Below are positions 49,664-59,265 of a DNA stretch of 64,000 bases, one piece after another. Every line of letters begins with the position of its first letter. Positions within the stretch are counted from its first letter, which is position 1. Source of the DNA: Candidatus Latescibacterota bacterium. GTDB taxonomy: Bacteria; Latescibacterota; UBA2968; UBA8231. Made by a program: the position numbers and the translations under genes. The notes below the pieces were generated by a model, which was not told the DNA's origin, did no database searches, and saw nothing but the letters and a program-made list of their open reading frames with translations. The stretch is taken from NCBI GenBank assembly GCA_965206595.1, contig OZ242214.1, positions 3,168,001 to 3,232,000 on the forward strand, in the 5' to 3' direction.

Positions 49664-52600
49664 TCACCGACTTCCGGCGACCTTCAACATTTTCCTGGTC
49701 GTGGAGAACCCGTTGATCCTGATGCGGCACAGGTAGACTCCCGATGCGACCTCATATCCGTCTGCGGATCGGCCGTCCCAGACCAGCGAGTGATCGGTTG
49801 TCTCCATGATCTCGTCATCGACAAGCGTTGCCACAGGGGCTCCCAACAGATTGAACACCTGAACGGACACGTTGGCAGTTCTGGGCAAGCTCAAGAACAC
49901 CGTGGTTTTGGTGGAAAAAGGATTCGGATAGTTGACGACCTTCGCGCCCGGATTCGATGCGGAGGGAGCACCCGGAGCATTCCACGCTCCCGGCGTCCCC
50001 CCGTTAGGTGAGGCGTACCAGTTTTCGGGCCGGGAGTTGTCGACCGTGGGCTCAACCAGGGCCAGGGTAAAGCCTGTTCCGTTTGGCTCAGTTGGCCAGG
50101 GAGGGCGCTCGTCATACGCAACCGAATCGACAACCCGCTCGAGGTCGGTCAATAGGGTAAGGTGGTCACCACGGCTGCTCAGTCCGAAGGGAAAGTTTCC
50201 GAAACAACCGTCCGTCTCCGGAAAGACCGTCAGAAAATCGGTGCTGTCACGGCAAATCACGACGTACCCGCCCGCTCCAAGAAGGACATCGGGGGGCAGA
50301 ATGAAGTCGGGCGAGTTCCCCGCATCGCGAAAGCGCCAGCCCCCGATCTCGAGGGGGGCCGAGCCAAAGTTGTGAAGCTCAGCCCAATCTCCGGAGTCCA
50401 GAGCCTCACTCGAATTGTAATTGATTTCGTTGATCACAACGGGCAGCTGCCCGGGTGAAACGGGGTCCTGCTCAGATGAAGTGAACCGGGCGGTAAGCTC
50501 GTAGTTCTCCTCGATGGAAATTCTGGCTTGGAAGGTGTCGGAAACCGGATCCGACCAACTGTCGAACTCGAACCCGGAAGCCGGAACCGCAACCACATCG
50601 ATGGGCACCCCGTTGAAGTAGAGACCGGATGAGCTTGTAACTCTTACGGGTACCGTGTTTACAAAAATGGTACCAGCTCCCTCGGGCTCGACTTCGAGGG
50701 AAAGCGTGGATCGGCCCCCCAGGGAAAATTGAGTCTGCAGGTGACTCCATACATAGCTTGCCCTCACCCGGGCGAAGGCCCGCATCACGTCGAGATTGGA
50801 ATCCCACTCCTCTATCGTAGCGAACGCCTTTCCATAGAACGGGGAAGGGAATCGTTCCCACCGCTGGGAATGCCGGGGTATTTCATCCGCAACAGGGTTC
50901 CTCATGCCGTCGATTACGGAATCGACGCGGGTCCATTCAAAAGTGGTGTTCAGATGGCCTGCGAACCGTTGAATGAAATCGTGCCTGATTTCATCGATCT
51001 CGAGAAGGTTTTGCATGAGGAAAGTAGCCCAGGGTGGATTCGGCCATCCACGACCGGGAGTGGTCGCCAAGGCAACCATATCGAGTTCGGGAGGGCTGGG
51101 GTTCAATGCCAGAGGCAAGTTGAATCCGTAGTCCAAATCGAAGAGTATCCATCGCCAGCGGCCGTTCGCACTGTGGGGACGCCAGAATTCCCAATTGTTA
51201 CCGGGCCAATCGGTATTCGCCACGTACATTTCCGCAATCTGGTAATTGAGAAATTCATCGAGATCCAGCCGGGCCCGTATCTCCTCAAGGGCGCCGACGT
51301 CCTGCAGATCACTGCTCTCGAGGTAGCTCAGAAATGACTGAAAATGTTCGGCGTCTCCTACCCTCACCTCTGAATCGTTGACGAGGTAATCGATTGCGTC
51401 CGATCCAAATCCATGGTTATCGGATATGTAGTCGACTGAAATGCGCTCGCGCATGTTGTGGATACCCCAGTACTGGCCATTGAGGTAAAGAACGACAGGC
51501 CTGTAGGCTTGGTAATCGATATCCATGCGATCCTTGACCAGGGCCTGCATGATCGCGTCGCGAAGGAGCGTGTAGGTCCAGTCATTGCCCGAGTTGCGCA
51601 GAATGAAACCCTTGTATCGGGTTATAGTCTTATCGGGGAAGAGAGGATAATAGATGGCCTCATTGCCGTACCTCCGGCGAGCGTGTATGGCGATCGACTT
51701 CTGCGGCTGGTTGCGAGACCATCCGCCGTGAATTTTCACGCCCACATCCTGGGAGAATTCCAGCCTGCCGCCGGCATCGTTAAATTCGATATGGGCAGGG
51801 CGTTCCCAGTCGCGCGTGAAGTTCGTGCGATCTCCCTTGATATAAATACCCACCTTTCCGCTCCAGAGATGTTCCGGATCGACAGCTAAGGAAACAGTCG
51901 GCAGGCTGACCTCCTCACCGATAAAGTAGGTGCTGGTTATCACGTCACTGGGGAGATGCCCTTCGGTGACCGCGAGTAATCGCAAGACTGTTGTGGTTTC
52001 CATGCGGACTCCGGAACCCTTGTAACGTCTTTTCCTCGTTGGGATGCTGCCATCGGTAGAGAAGAAGATGCTGGTGTTGGCATCCGGATGGCTCAAGGAA
52101 ACGGTGAGCGGACTGTCGTAATAGCCGCCCAAATGCGAGTAGGTGGGAGCCTGGGAATGGTGAAGCTTTCCCGGGGAAACGTTTCCCCTCCCCGGAGATG
52201 GCTCATCCACAAAGAACCAGGCTTCTCCGTTCGGTACTCGAGCGTAGGAAACGTCGGGGCGCAGGGGACCGAGGGTCACTGAATCGAGGAGTGTCGTGCC
52301 GTCCGAAGCAAACAATCCCAACTGCTCGCCGTTTGAAGAGAGTCTGAAATTCAAATGGAGCCCCTCCTGATCGTGGTCTCCGTCCGCCCAAAGCAGAATG
52401 AATCTACCGGCAGGGATGGTGGTGGCTTTCCGGTCATTTGTGGGAAATCGGAAGGCCCTTGGATTGGTCAGGTCATCGGTGATGAACATTCCACCAATGT
52501 TCGCGGCGCGGCCGCCGGCATTGTATATCTCTATCCAATCGTCGAATTGGCCGTACTGGTCGGCACAGCAGGACTGGTTGTTCGACATCAGTTCGTTTAT

Positions 52601-52675
52601 GAGCAACCCTTCGGCAAACAGTGAACGGGGTAGGCTGAAACAGCCGGCAAGAACGGCAAGAAGGACGATGCCCAT
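49664..52675 (-). CDS. Secreted CotH kinase with two lamin-tail domains and FlgD-Ig-like tail
   Basis: INELM...DWIEIYN, LRNSGND, NGQYWG, NTDWPGNN, FDLDYGF, VINEINY, NYPNPF...WDGR. Confidence 0.9.
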   Translation of the reverse strand: MGIVLLAVLAGCFSLPRSLFAEGLLINELMSNNQSCCADQYGQFDDWIEIYNAGGRAANIGGMFITDDLTNPRAFRFPTNDRKATTIPAGRFILLWADGDHDQEGLHLNFRLSSNGEQLGLFASDGTTLLDSVTLGPLRPDVSYARVPNGEAWFFVDEPSPGRGNVSPGKLHHSQAPTYSHLGGYYDSPLTVSLSHPDANTSIFFSTDGSIPTRKRRYKGSGVRMETTTVLRLLAVTEGHLPSDVITSTYFIGEEVSLPTVSLAVDPEHLWSGKVGIYIKGDRTNFTRDWERPAHIEFNDAGGRLEFSQDVGVKIHGGWSRNQPQKSIAIHARRRYGNEAIYYPLFPDKTITRYKGFILRNSGNDWTYTLLRDAIMQALVKDRMDIDYQAYRPVVLYLNGQYWGIHNMRERISVDYISDNHGFGSDAIDYLVNDSEVRVGDAEHFQSFLSYLESSDLQDVGALEEIRARLDLDEFLNYQIAEMYVANTDWPGNNWEFWRPHSANGRWRWILFDLDYGFNLPLALNPSPPELDMVALATTPGRGWPNPPWATFLMQNLLEIDEIRHDFIQRFAGHLNTTFEWTRVDSVIDGMRNPVADEIPRHSQRWERFPSPFYGKAFATIEEWDSNLDVMRAFARVRASYVWSHLQTQFSLGGRSTLSLEVEPEGAGTIFVNTVPVRVTSSSGLYFNGVPIDVVAVPASGFEFDSWSDPVSDTFQARISIEENYELTARFTSSEQDPVSPGQLPVVINEINYNSSEALDSGDWAELHNFGSAPLEIGGWRFRDAGNSPDFILPPDVLLGAGGYVVICRDSTDFLTVFPETDGCFGNFPFGLSSRGDHLTLLTDLERVVDSVAYDERPPWPTEPNGTGFTLALVEPTVDNSRPENWYASPNGGTPGAWNAPGAPSASNPGAKVVNYPNPFSTKTTVFLSLPRTANVSVQVFNLLGAPVATLVDDEIMETTDHSLVWDGRSADGYEVASGVYLCRIRINGFSTTRKMLKVAGSR

Positions 52676-52918
52676 TCCGGGCCGGTTTGTGAGATCAGTT
52701 GGTATCAGTGTCGTAGCTCCTCAGGAGATTCTCGGAGGCGCACCGGGTACATGGGTGTACGGCCCCGAGTAGCTGCCAGGCATGGGCGGAAGTTGCCGGT
52801 TCCCGTCTGCAGCGGACCAAGGCCCACTATCTACCGTCCGTCTGCCCCAACCGGCAGCCCCGCAGCGGGAAATGCCGAAAGCCCCAGGAAGGAAACAAGG
52901 GCGGCCCGAAGCGCCTTC

Positions 52919-54283
52919 CTACTTCCCCCGGTCCCCCATGGCGTCGCGGATCTCGCGGATGCTGCCCTCGAGCCGGTCGAGGCGCTCGTTGGTCTCCTTC
53001 ACGTCCTTCTGGATTTTCGTCGCGATGGCGACCTGCTCCTCCAGCTCCTCGGCCTTCACCGAGCCCTCGTCCTTCACCAGCACGCTGGTCAGGGTGGCGG
53101 TGAAGACACCCACCAGGACCATGCCCGTAATCACCAGGAAGACCGTGAGGATTTTGCCGGAAGCGGTCTGGGGATTGTGGATGTCGGCGTAGCCGCCGGT
53201 GACCAGGGTGGTGAAGCTCCACCAGAGACTGGGCCAGAACCCCGAACCGGACTCGAGGCGCTCCAGGCCCATGAAGATGCAGGCGCCGAAAACCAGAGAC
53301 ATCAGGCCGTAAAGCAACGACCGCTTGAGGAGCCTCACGTCGAGGGTGGAGCTCAGGTGGTCCATGCCGCGCCAGAAGAACAGGCCGATGCGGAACAACC
53401 TCAGCGCCCTGAGAATGCGCACCGCCCGCAGCAGGCGCCCCAGGCGAAGGATGCCTATGTCGCCGGAGGCGGCGATGACCTGCACCGGCGGAAGGGGTAT
53501 GGAAGTTATGAAGTCTATCCAGTTGTTCTTCCAGTACCACTTCTTCGAATCGGCAAGCCTGTGCTCGAAGACGAAGTTGGCCATGAAAAGGCCGCAGCAT
53601 ATCACGTCGATGATCCAGAATATCCACAACGTGCTCACGGCGAAGTGGGGCAGCACTTCCACGACGGGATCGGTATAGTTCTCTCCGCTGTCGATGATCT
53701 TGACCTGCGCCAGCTTTCCCCCGACCACCTGCCCCGAAGCAAGGGCGTGCGAACCTTCCTCATCGGAAATGTGGAGGTTCACCCGCTCATACCCTTCTCC
53801 CCCGTTCAGGATGACGATCCCGCCTATCTTCCCGTCCTCCACTTCCGCCCTGGCAACGGCGCCGCCGCCGGTGGCCCCGACGCCGAGCAGGTCGACGACG
53901 AGTATGGTGATGAGGAAGAGGATGAGGATGAAAACCAGCAGGTCCTTGGCTCTCACGCTGCCGGCGCTGCCCAGAACCCTGGCCTGCTCGTCCATCAGGT
54001 GTTTCTTCTGGCGCGCCTGCTCGATGATCCGGGCCTTGTCCATCAACTTCTCTTTTTCCTCGTTCAGCCTCGAGATCCGCGATTCCGCCTTGTCGAGGCC
54101 CAGCTCGTAGTGGCCGTGCCTTTTGCTCAGGCTGACCGTCTCCACCTTTTCCGCCATGGCGTCGATCTCCCTCTCTTCGACGGCCAGCTGACGGTCGATG
54201 CGGTCGATCTCCTGCACTACCAGGTCCTTCATCCTGGTAATGCGTTCGAGGGAGCAGGATTCCAGTCGCTTTGAAAATGACAT
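52919..54283 (-). CDS. 6TM voltage-gated-type ion channel
   Basis: NWIDFI, S4 RLGRLLRAVRILRALRLFR, pore WWSFTTLVTGGYAD, terminal coiled coils. Confidence 0.85.
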   Translation of the reverse strand: MSFSKRLESCSLERITRMKDLVVQEIDRIDRQLAVEEREIDAMAEKVETVSLSKRHGHYELGLDKAESRISRLNEEKEKLMDKARIIEQARQKKHLMDEQARVLGSAGSVRAKDLLVFILILFLITILVVDLLGVGATGGGAVARAEVEDGKIGGIVILNGGEGYERVNLHISDEEGSHALASGQVVGGKLAQVKIIDSGENYTDPVVEVLPHFAVSTLWIFWIIDVICCGLFMANFVFEHRLADSKKWYWKNNWIDFITSIPLPPVQVIAASGDIGILRLGRLLRAVRILRALRLFRIGLFFWRGMDHLSSTLDVRLLKRSLLYGLMSLVFGACIFMGLERLESGSGFWPSLWWSFTTLVTGGYADIHNPQTASGKILTVFLVITGMVLVGVFTATLTSVLVKDEGSVKAEELEEQVAIATKIQKDVKETNERLDRLEGSIREIRDAMGDRGK

Positions 54284-54566
54284 CTCGATTTAAAAAACTC
54301 CGGGCTGAGGCTGTTCGGTAACCGGTACGATTCGACCACGTACAAAGTTAAGTAATGGCCCCCCCGGAGGGGTTTCTGTCAAGACGCTGAAGGCTCGCAC
54401 GAGCCGTCGCAGAAGCAGGTCGACGAGCCGGCTCAGGGTTTTGGAACCGAGCCGGCGTTGCGGGGATTCGCACGGATGAGAGCGGCCTGTCATCGCAAGA
54501 CCCGGGCAGGGCCGCCCATGCTCATTCTCCTTTCGGGGACCCGATTACTGCCTATAATGGACTCCC

Positions 54567-56501
54567 ATGACTGCCTCTCACTCCCCTTCCCGTTTCAGCT
54601 ACAGGGGCCTGTTCATCGGTGTGCTCCTGTGCGTGGGCGTCGGTCTGGTCGCCCCGTACTGGGCCGTCTTCACCTACAACGGGGTCGGCTTCGCCCCGGC
54701 CTCGCCGGGGGCCATCCTGTTCCTCATGGTCACCGTCCTGGCGAGCGCCGTCGTCGGCCTGATCAGCCGCCGGTTGTCGCTGCCCAGGGCCGACCTGGTG
54801 CTGATCTTCTGCATGCTGCTGGTGGCCATAACCGTGCCGACCTGGGGGACGATGTTCTTCCTGATCGGCACCATGGTCTATCCCTACTACTTCGCGACTT
54901 CCGAGAACCGCTTCGCCGACCTGCTGCACCCGCACATCCCGTCCTGGATCGTGCCGCAGGACGTGCAGGCGATCAAGGATTACTACGAGGGGCTGCCCAA
55001 GGGGGGCCGCATCCCCTGGGAGGCGTGGGTCGAGCCGATGGGGCACTGGCTGGCGCTGACCACGGTGATGGGGTTCATGCTGATCTGCATGAGCGCCATC
55101 CTGCACCGGCAGTGGTCGGTGCAGGATGGCCTCACCTATCCCATGATGCAGCTGCCGCAGCAGATGATCGACGACGGCGGGGGCATTGGCCGCCGCCTGG
55201 CGCCCTTCTTCAGAAGCAAGACGATGTGGCTGGGCTTCGCGATTCCGGCGATCACGTTGAGCCTGGGCGGGTTCAACCACTTCTGGCCCGAGGTGCCGGA
55301 GTTCAGGCAGGTCGGCGGCCTGCGCCTGTTCAACAACACCATACACATCGGGTTCTACTTCAAGCTCGCCTACATCGGCTTCTTCTACCTCGTCGACCTG
55401 CAGATCCTGTTCAGCATCTGGTTCTTCTACCTGCTGTGCAAACTCGAGGACGGGGTGTTCAAGACACTCGGTATCGCCAACACCGAGAAGCTGAGCGTGT
55501 ACGAGTATTCGCAGTCAGCGGACCTGACGCACCAGATGACCGGGGCGGTCATCGTTTTCGTGCTCTACGGAATGTGGATCGCACGCGGGCATATTCTGGC
55601 AGTGATCCGCAAGGCCTGGGATCCGTCAGGGGGGATGGACGACAGCGAGGAGCTGCTGAGGTACCGCACCGCGGTCGTCGGTTTCCTGGTGAGCCTGGTG
55701 TTCTGCGGCGTCTGGCTGTGGCGGTCGGGGGTGCCGGCGATCACCGTGCCGTTACTGCTGGTCGTCAGCCTGATCTTCTTCATTCTCGTGGCGCGGGTCG
55801 TAACCACCGCCGGGGTCGCCACGGCGCGCAGCCCCATCGTGCCGGCCTTCTTCATCATATCGGGGCTCGGGACCTCGATCCTCGGCGCCAAGGGTCTGGT
55901 GGCGCTGAATTTCACCTTCATCTGGCAGGGGGAATCGCAGCTGTCGGCGATGGTCGCCACCTCCAACGGGCTGAAGCTCGCCGAGAGGATCCCCGGACCG
56001 AAGGGTCGTCTGTTCTGGGGGCTGATGCTGGCCCTGGTGGTCACCTTCCTCGCCTCGGCCTGGATGACTCTGAAGCTCGGCTACACGTACGGCGCCATAA
56101 ACCTCAACCTCCTCAACTGGGTAGGGGCTCACGGGTGGCCTTCCCTCGGCGCCAAGATTGCGGACATGCCGGACGCCAACATGAGGGGGTGGATGTTTCG
56201 CGGAATCGGCGCGGCAGTGGAGGGATTCCTGATGTTCGCCCAGCACCGGTGGCACTGGTGGTCGCTGCATCCGCTGGGGTTCACCATCGGCGTCGGCTGG
56301 CTCACCAGCAAGCTATGGTTCCCGGCGCTGCTCGCATGGCTGATAAAGCTGACCATCCTCTTCTTCTGGGGCCCGCGGATGTTCCAGGCCATGAAGCCGT
56401 TCTTTCTCGGGCTGATCATGGGGGAAATAGCAGTCGGGGGCATCTGGGGAACGATCTTTCCGTTCACCAGCGAAACCGGCCGCTGGCTCACCTTCATCTG
56501 A
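54567..56501 (+). CDS. Polytopic membrane protein (DUF6785/DUF6784-like)
   Basis: Many TM segments; QW...LTYPMMQLP, WSLHPLG, PFFLGLIMGE. Confidence 0.7.
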   Translation: MTASHSPSRFSYRGLFIGVLLCVGVGLVAPYWAVFTYNGVGFAPASPGAILFLMVTVLASAVVGLISRRLSLPRADLVLIFCMLLVAITVPTWGTMFFLIGTMVYPYYFATSENRFADLLHPHIPSWIVPQDVQAIKDYYEGLPKGGRIPWEAWVEPMGHWLALTTVMGFMLICMSAILHRQWSVQDGLTYPMMQLPQQMIDDGGGIGRRLAPFFRSKTMWLGFAIPAITLSLGGFNHFWPEVPEFRQVGGLRLFNNTIHIGFYFKLAYIGFFYLVDLQILFSIWFFYLLCKLEDGVFKTLGIANTEKLSVYEYSQSADLTHQMTGAVIVFVLYGMWIARGHILAVIRKAWDPSGGMDDSEELLRYRTAVVGFLVSLVFCGVWLWRSGVPAITVPLLLVVSLIFFILVARVVTTAGVATARSPIVPAFFIISGLGTSILGAKGLVALNFTFIWQGESQLSAMVATSNGLKLAERIPGPKGRLFWGLMLALVVTFLASAWMTLKLGYTYGAINLNLLNWVGAHGWPSLGAKIADMPDANMRGWMFRGIGAAVEGFLMFAQHRWHWWSLHPLGFTIGVGWLTSKLWFPALLAWLIKLTILFFWGPRMFQAMKPFFLGLIMGEIAVGGIWGTIFPFTSETGRWLTFI

Positions 56502-56699
56502 CCCGGAGATCGCTCGATCAGGATCGCCCCTTGTTCAATGGGCAATCAAAGACCACTCGTTCCGTCAGCGCCTGCTCCCTTCTTGTTGCCGGCCAACCAG
56601 GGAGAACAAACCGCGCCGTTGTGCGTCGAACTTTATCGGTATTCCAACAGGTGATCCCGCCCGCTCTGTTGTCCCACAGCGCCGTGAGGAGAAGCTCCC

Positions 56700-57305
56700 A
56701 TGTCTGTCTCCCGTCTGATCTGCATCGTCCTGATGACCAGCGGCATCGCCTCCGCCCACCAGGAAGGCCCCCTGGCCGGCCGCGGGAACTGGGGGCTGGG
56801 GGTAGCCTTGCCTTCCGGCGGCGGAAGCAGCTTCAGCGTGTGGAAGATCCGCTCTCCCACCACCGCCCTGGGCCTGGAAACAAGGGTTTCGTGGAGCCTC
56901 CGCGACTCCACCGCCAACGCGGATGACCCCGCCTCAGCGGCCATAAATCGCCATTACCTGAGGCTGCAGCTGAGTCCCACAATCAAGCACTATCGGCCGC
57001 TGAAAAACGGGATCGCCCCTTTTACGTATGGCCGAGTCGAAGCCGGTTTTTCGGGCTATAGACGGGACTATAGTCTGAATTCGCAGCACGGCAGCAGCGG
57101 AGGCCACATAGGGATAGGACTTGGTTTGGGAGTCGAATGGTTCCCGTTCCAACGGATCAGCCTGGGCGGTCAGACCGGGCTGAGACTGGGGTACCGCTAC
57201 TTTCAGCACGATTCCAGGGGGATTGATTCCAACACCTCCCGAACCAGTTGGAACCTGTACTTGCGGACCTTCCAATCGCAATTGAAGGCATTGATGTATT
57301 TCTGA
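56700..57305 (+). CDS. Small outer-membrane beta-barrel protein
   Basis: Signal peptide, GVEWFPFQRISLGGQTG, terminal YF. Confidence 0.7.
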   Translation: MSVSRLICIVLMTSGIASAHQEGPLAGRGNWGLGVALPSGGGSSFSVWKIRSPTTALGLETRVSWSLRDSTANADDPASAAINRHYLRLQLSPTIKHYRPLKNGIAPFTYGRVEAGFSGYRRDYSLNSQHGSSGGHIGIGLGLGVEWFPFQRISLGGQTGLRLGYRYFQHDSRGIDSNTSRTSWNLYLRTFQSQLKALMYF

Positions 57306-57400
57306 CCAAAGACGATGGCTCCTCTCACCACTCCACAACCCGCAATTAACACGATGCCTCTTTTTAATTTTGGTCTTGCTGTCAGCGGTTCTTTTTCCCG

Positions 57401-58027
57401 ATGAATACCGCCACAGGCTATGGGATCCCGAAGCTCATGCTGGCTAAATCGTTGCTCTCCATGATCCTGTTGACAGGCACCGTCGCCTGGGCTGAAGGCC
57501 CTCTGGCCGACCGGGGCGGATGGGCGTTGGGCGTGCCCCTGCCTTCCAGCAGCGAACGCAGCATCAGCCTGTGGAAGGTACGCTCTCCCGTCACCGCCCT
57601 CGGCCTTGAAATAGGTTTGTCATCGCATTACGGCGAAAGCACAATAGACGACCTGGAAAACCTTGACCGAGAGGATCTCCGAATACGTGATCGGTCTCTC
57701 AGGATGCAACTGCTTCCTGCCATCAAGCACTACCGCCCTCTGCACGAGGAGGTCGCCCCCTTTGTTATTTATAAAGTCCACACACGTTTTGCTATTTGGG
57801 ATAGAGGATTTGGCAGCGAATTCGTGAAACGGCGCACCAGAACCGAGGGCGACCTGGGGCTGTCCGTGGGTTTGGGTACCGAATGGTTCCCGTTCCAGCG
57901 CATCAGCCTGAGCGGGCAGACCGGACTGGACCTCAGCTATCGCTACGAAAAAGAGGACCTCAACCGCGAGTGGGAGTGGTCCCTCGAGACCTTCCAGACG
58001 GAGATGACCGCGCTGGTGTATTTCTGA
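57401..58027 (+). CDS. Small outer-membrane beta-barrel protein, tandem paralog
   Basis: GTEWFPFQRISLSGQTG, terminal YF; true start may be slightly downstream. Confidence 0.7.
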   Translation: MNTATGYGIPKLMLAKSLLSMILLTGTVAWAEGPLADRGGWALGVPLPSSSERSISLWKVRSPVTALGLEIGLSSHYGESTIDDLENLDREDLRIRDRSLRMQLLPAIKHYRPLHEEVAPFVIYKVHTRFAIWDRGFGSEFVKRRTRTEGDLGLSVGLGTEWFPFQRISLSGQTGLDLSYRYEKEDLNREWEWSLETFQTEMTALVYF

Positions 58028-58166
58028 CCCCGTCTGTCCAGCCGGAACGGTTCCCCGGATACACCAGGCTGACGGTGCCTGGTTTCCCGCATACCCGGTG
58101 TTCCTTCAGCGCCAACCCGATTCGGCATCCGGCAACGAGAGCAGTACCTCCCCCGATCCGTACCGA

Positions 58167-59183
58167 TTACCGGTTTCCCACCTGCACTCCCTGAACTGAA
58201 AACACTTCTTCGAGGAAGTTCCGCCCCATGCGCACGTACCCGGTGGCGTCCGGGTGGAGGTTGTCGGGCAGGTATTCGGCGAGGCTTTCGTCGAAGAGCT
58301 TGAGGCCGTCGACGTAATGGATGTTGTCGTCGCCGCGCTTTTTGAACGCCTCCACGGCTTCGGCTACCTCGACGCGCATCTGTTGCAGGGTCAGGCCGAC
58401 CGCATTGGGCGCGGTCTCGCGGTCGTGGCCCCAGATCGGCGAGCAGACCGCCAACGGGGTGTGGGGATGGCCGTCGCGGATGGTGGCGATGGTTCCGAGG
58501 ACGGCCGGGCGAAAGGCGCGCGGGCCGAGGCTGGCGGCGCCGTAGATGTTGATGCCGATCTTGACCGAGACGAAGTCCGCGGGCAGGCATCGGATCAGCC
58601 GGGCGACGAACGGGTCGGCGTGGCACTGGCCGCCGTAGCCCAGCGACGTGAGGTTGAAGTCCCGGGCCCGGGCTACCACCCCCGGCCAGGTAGTGGCGGG
58701 CGATCCCGCGGTGCGGCAGTGGGTGATGGAGCTGCCATAGGCAACCCACTTCGGCCGGGTATCTTCGCTTTTTTCGCAATCTGCTCCCCCGGGCAATTCA
58801 ACGTGGCGCAGGGCGACGGGCATGGACGGCGACAGCCAGATCTCCAGGGACTTCCCGCCCGCGGGCAACCCCGCGAAGCGAACCTCGGTCGCGCCGGCCG
58901 CATACGCAGCGGTGGCGGCGATCTTCCCGCCGATGCACAGGTCGAGGCGGCCGTCCCCGGCCAGCGGCTCGCAGCGGACGATCAACTCCTCGGCGTCGGT
59001 GGCCAGGCGCACGCGCACGCCCGAAGGCATCTCGGCCCGCCCGGCAAGGCCGTTCTCCCCGGGCGAGTACAGGTCCGGATCTCCATGGGGAATGCGCCAG
59101 GGCTTTACCCAGCCCGGCCCTTCTTCGAGCGAGACGGCGCCGCTCCAGGTCAGGCGGGGGTCGGCGGCGGTAATGACGGGCAT
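58167..59183 (-). CDS. SGNH/GDSL hydrolase
   Basis: YGSSIT, GIN, DNLHP. Confidence 0.85.
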   Translation of the reverse strand: MPVITAADPRLTWSGAVSLEEGPGWVKPWRIPHGDPDLYSPGENGLAGRAEMPSGVRVRLATDAEELIVRCEPLAGDGRLDLCIGGKIAATAAYAAGATEVRFAGLPAGGKSLEIWLSPSMPVALRHVELPGGADCEKSEDTRPKWVAYGSSITHCRTAGSPATTWPGVVARARDFNLTSLGYGGQCHADPFVARLIRCLPADFVSVKIGINIYGAASLGPRAFRPAVLGTIATIRDGHPHTPLAVCSPIWGHDRETAPNAVGLTLQQMRVEVAEAVEAFKKRGDDNIHYVDGLKLFDESLAEYLPDNLHPDATGYVRMGRNFLEEVFSVQGVQVGNR

Positions 59184-59265
59184 GAAATAGTCCTTTCTGT
59201 GAGGGGAAAGTTACCCGGTGCGAAGGCCGACTGCGGTCCCCCGCCCGGCTTCCATCAGCTGCCTG

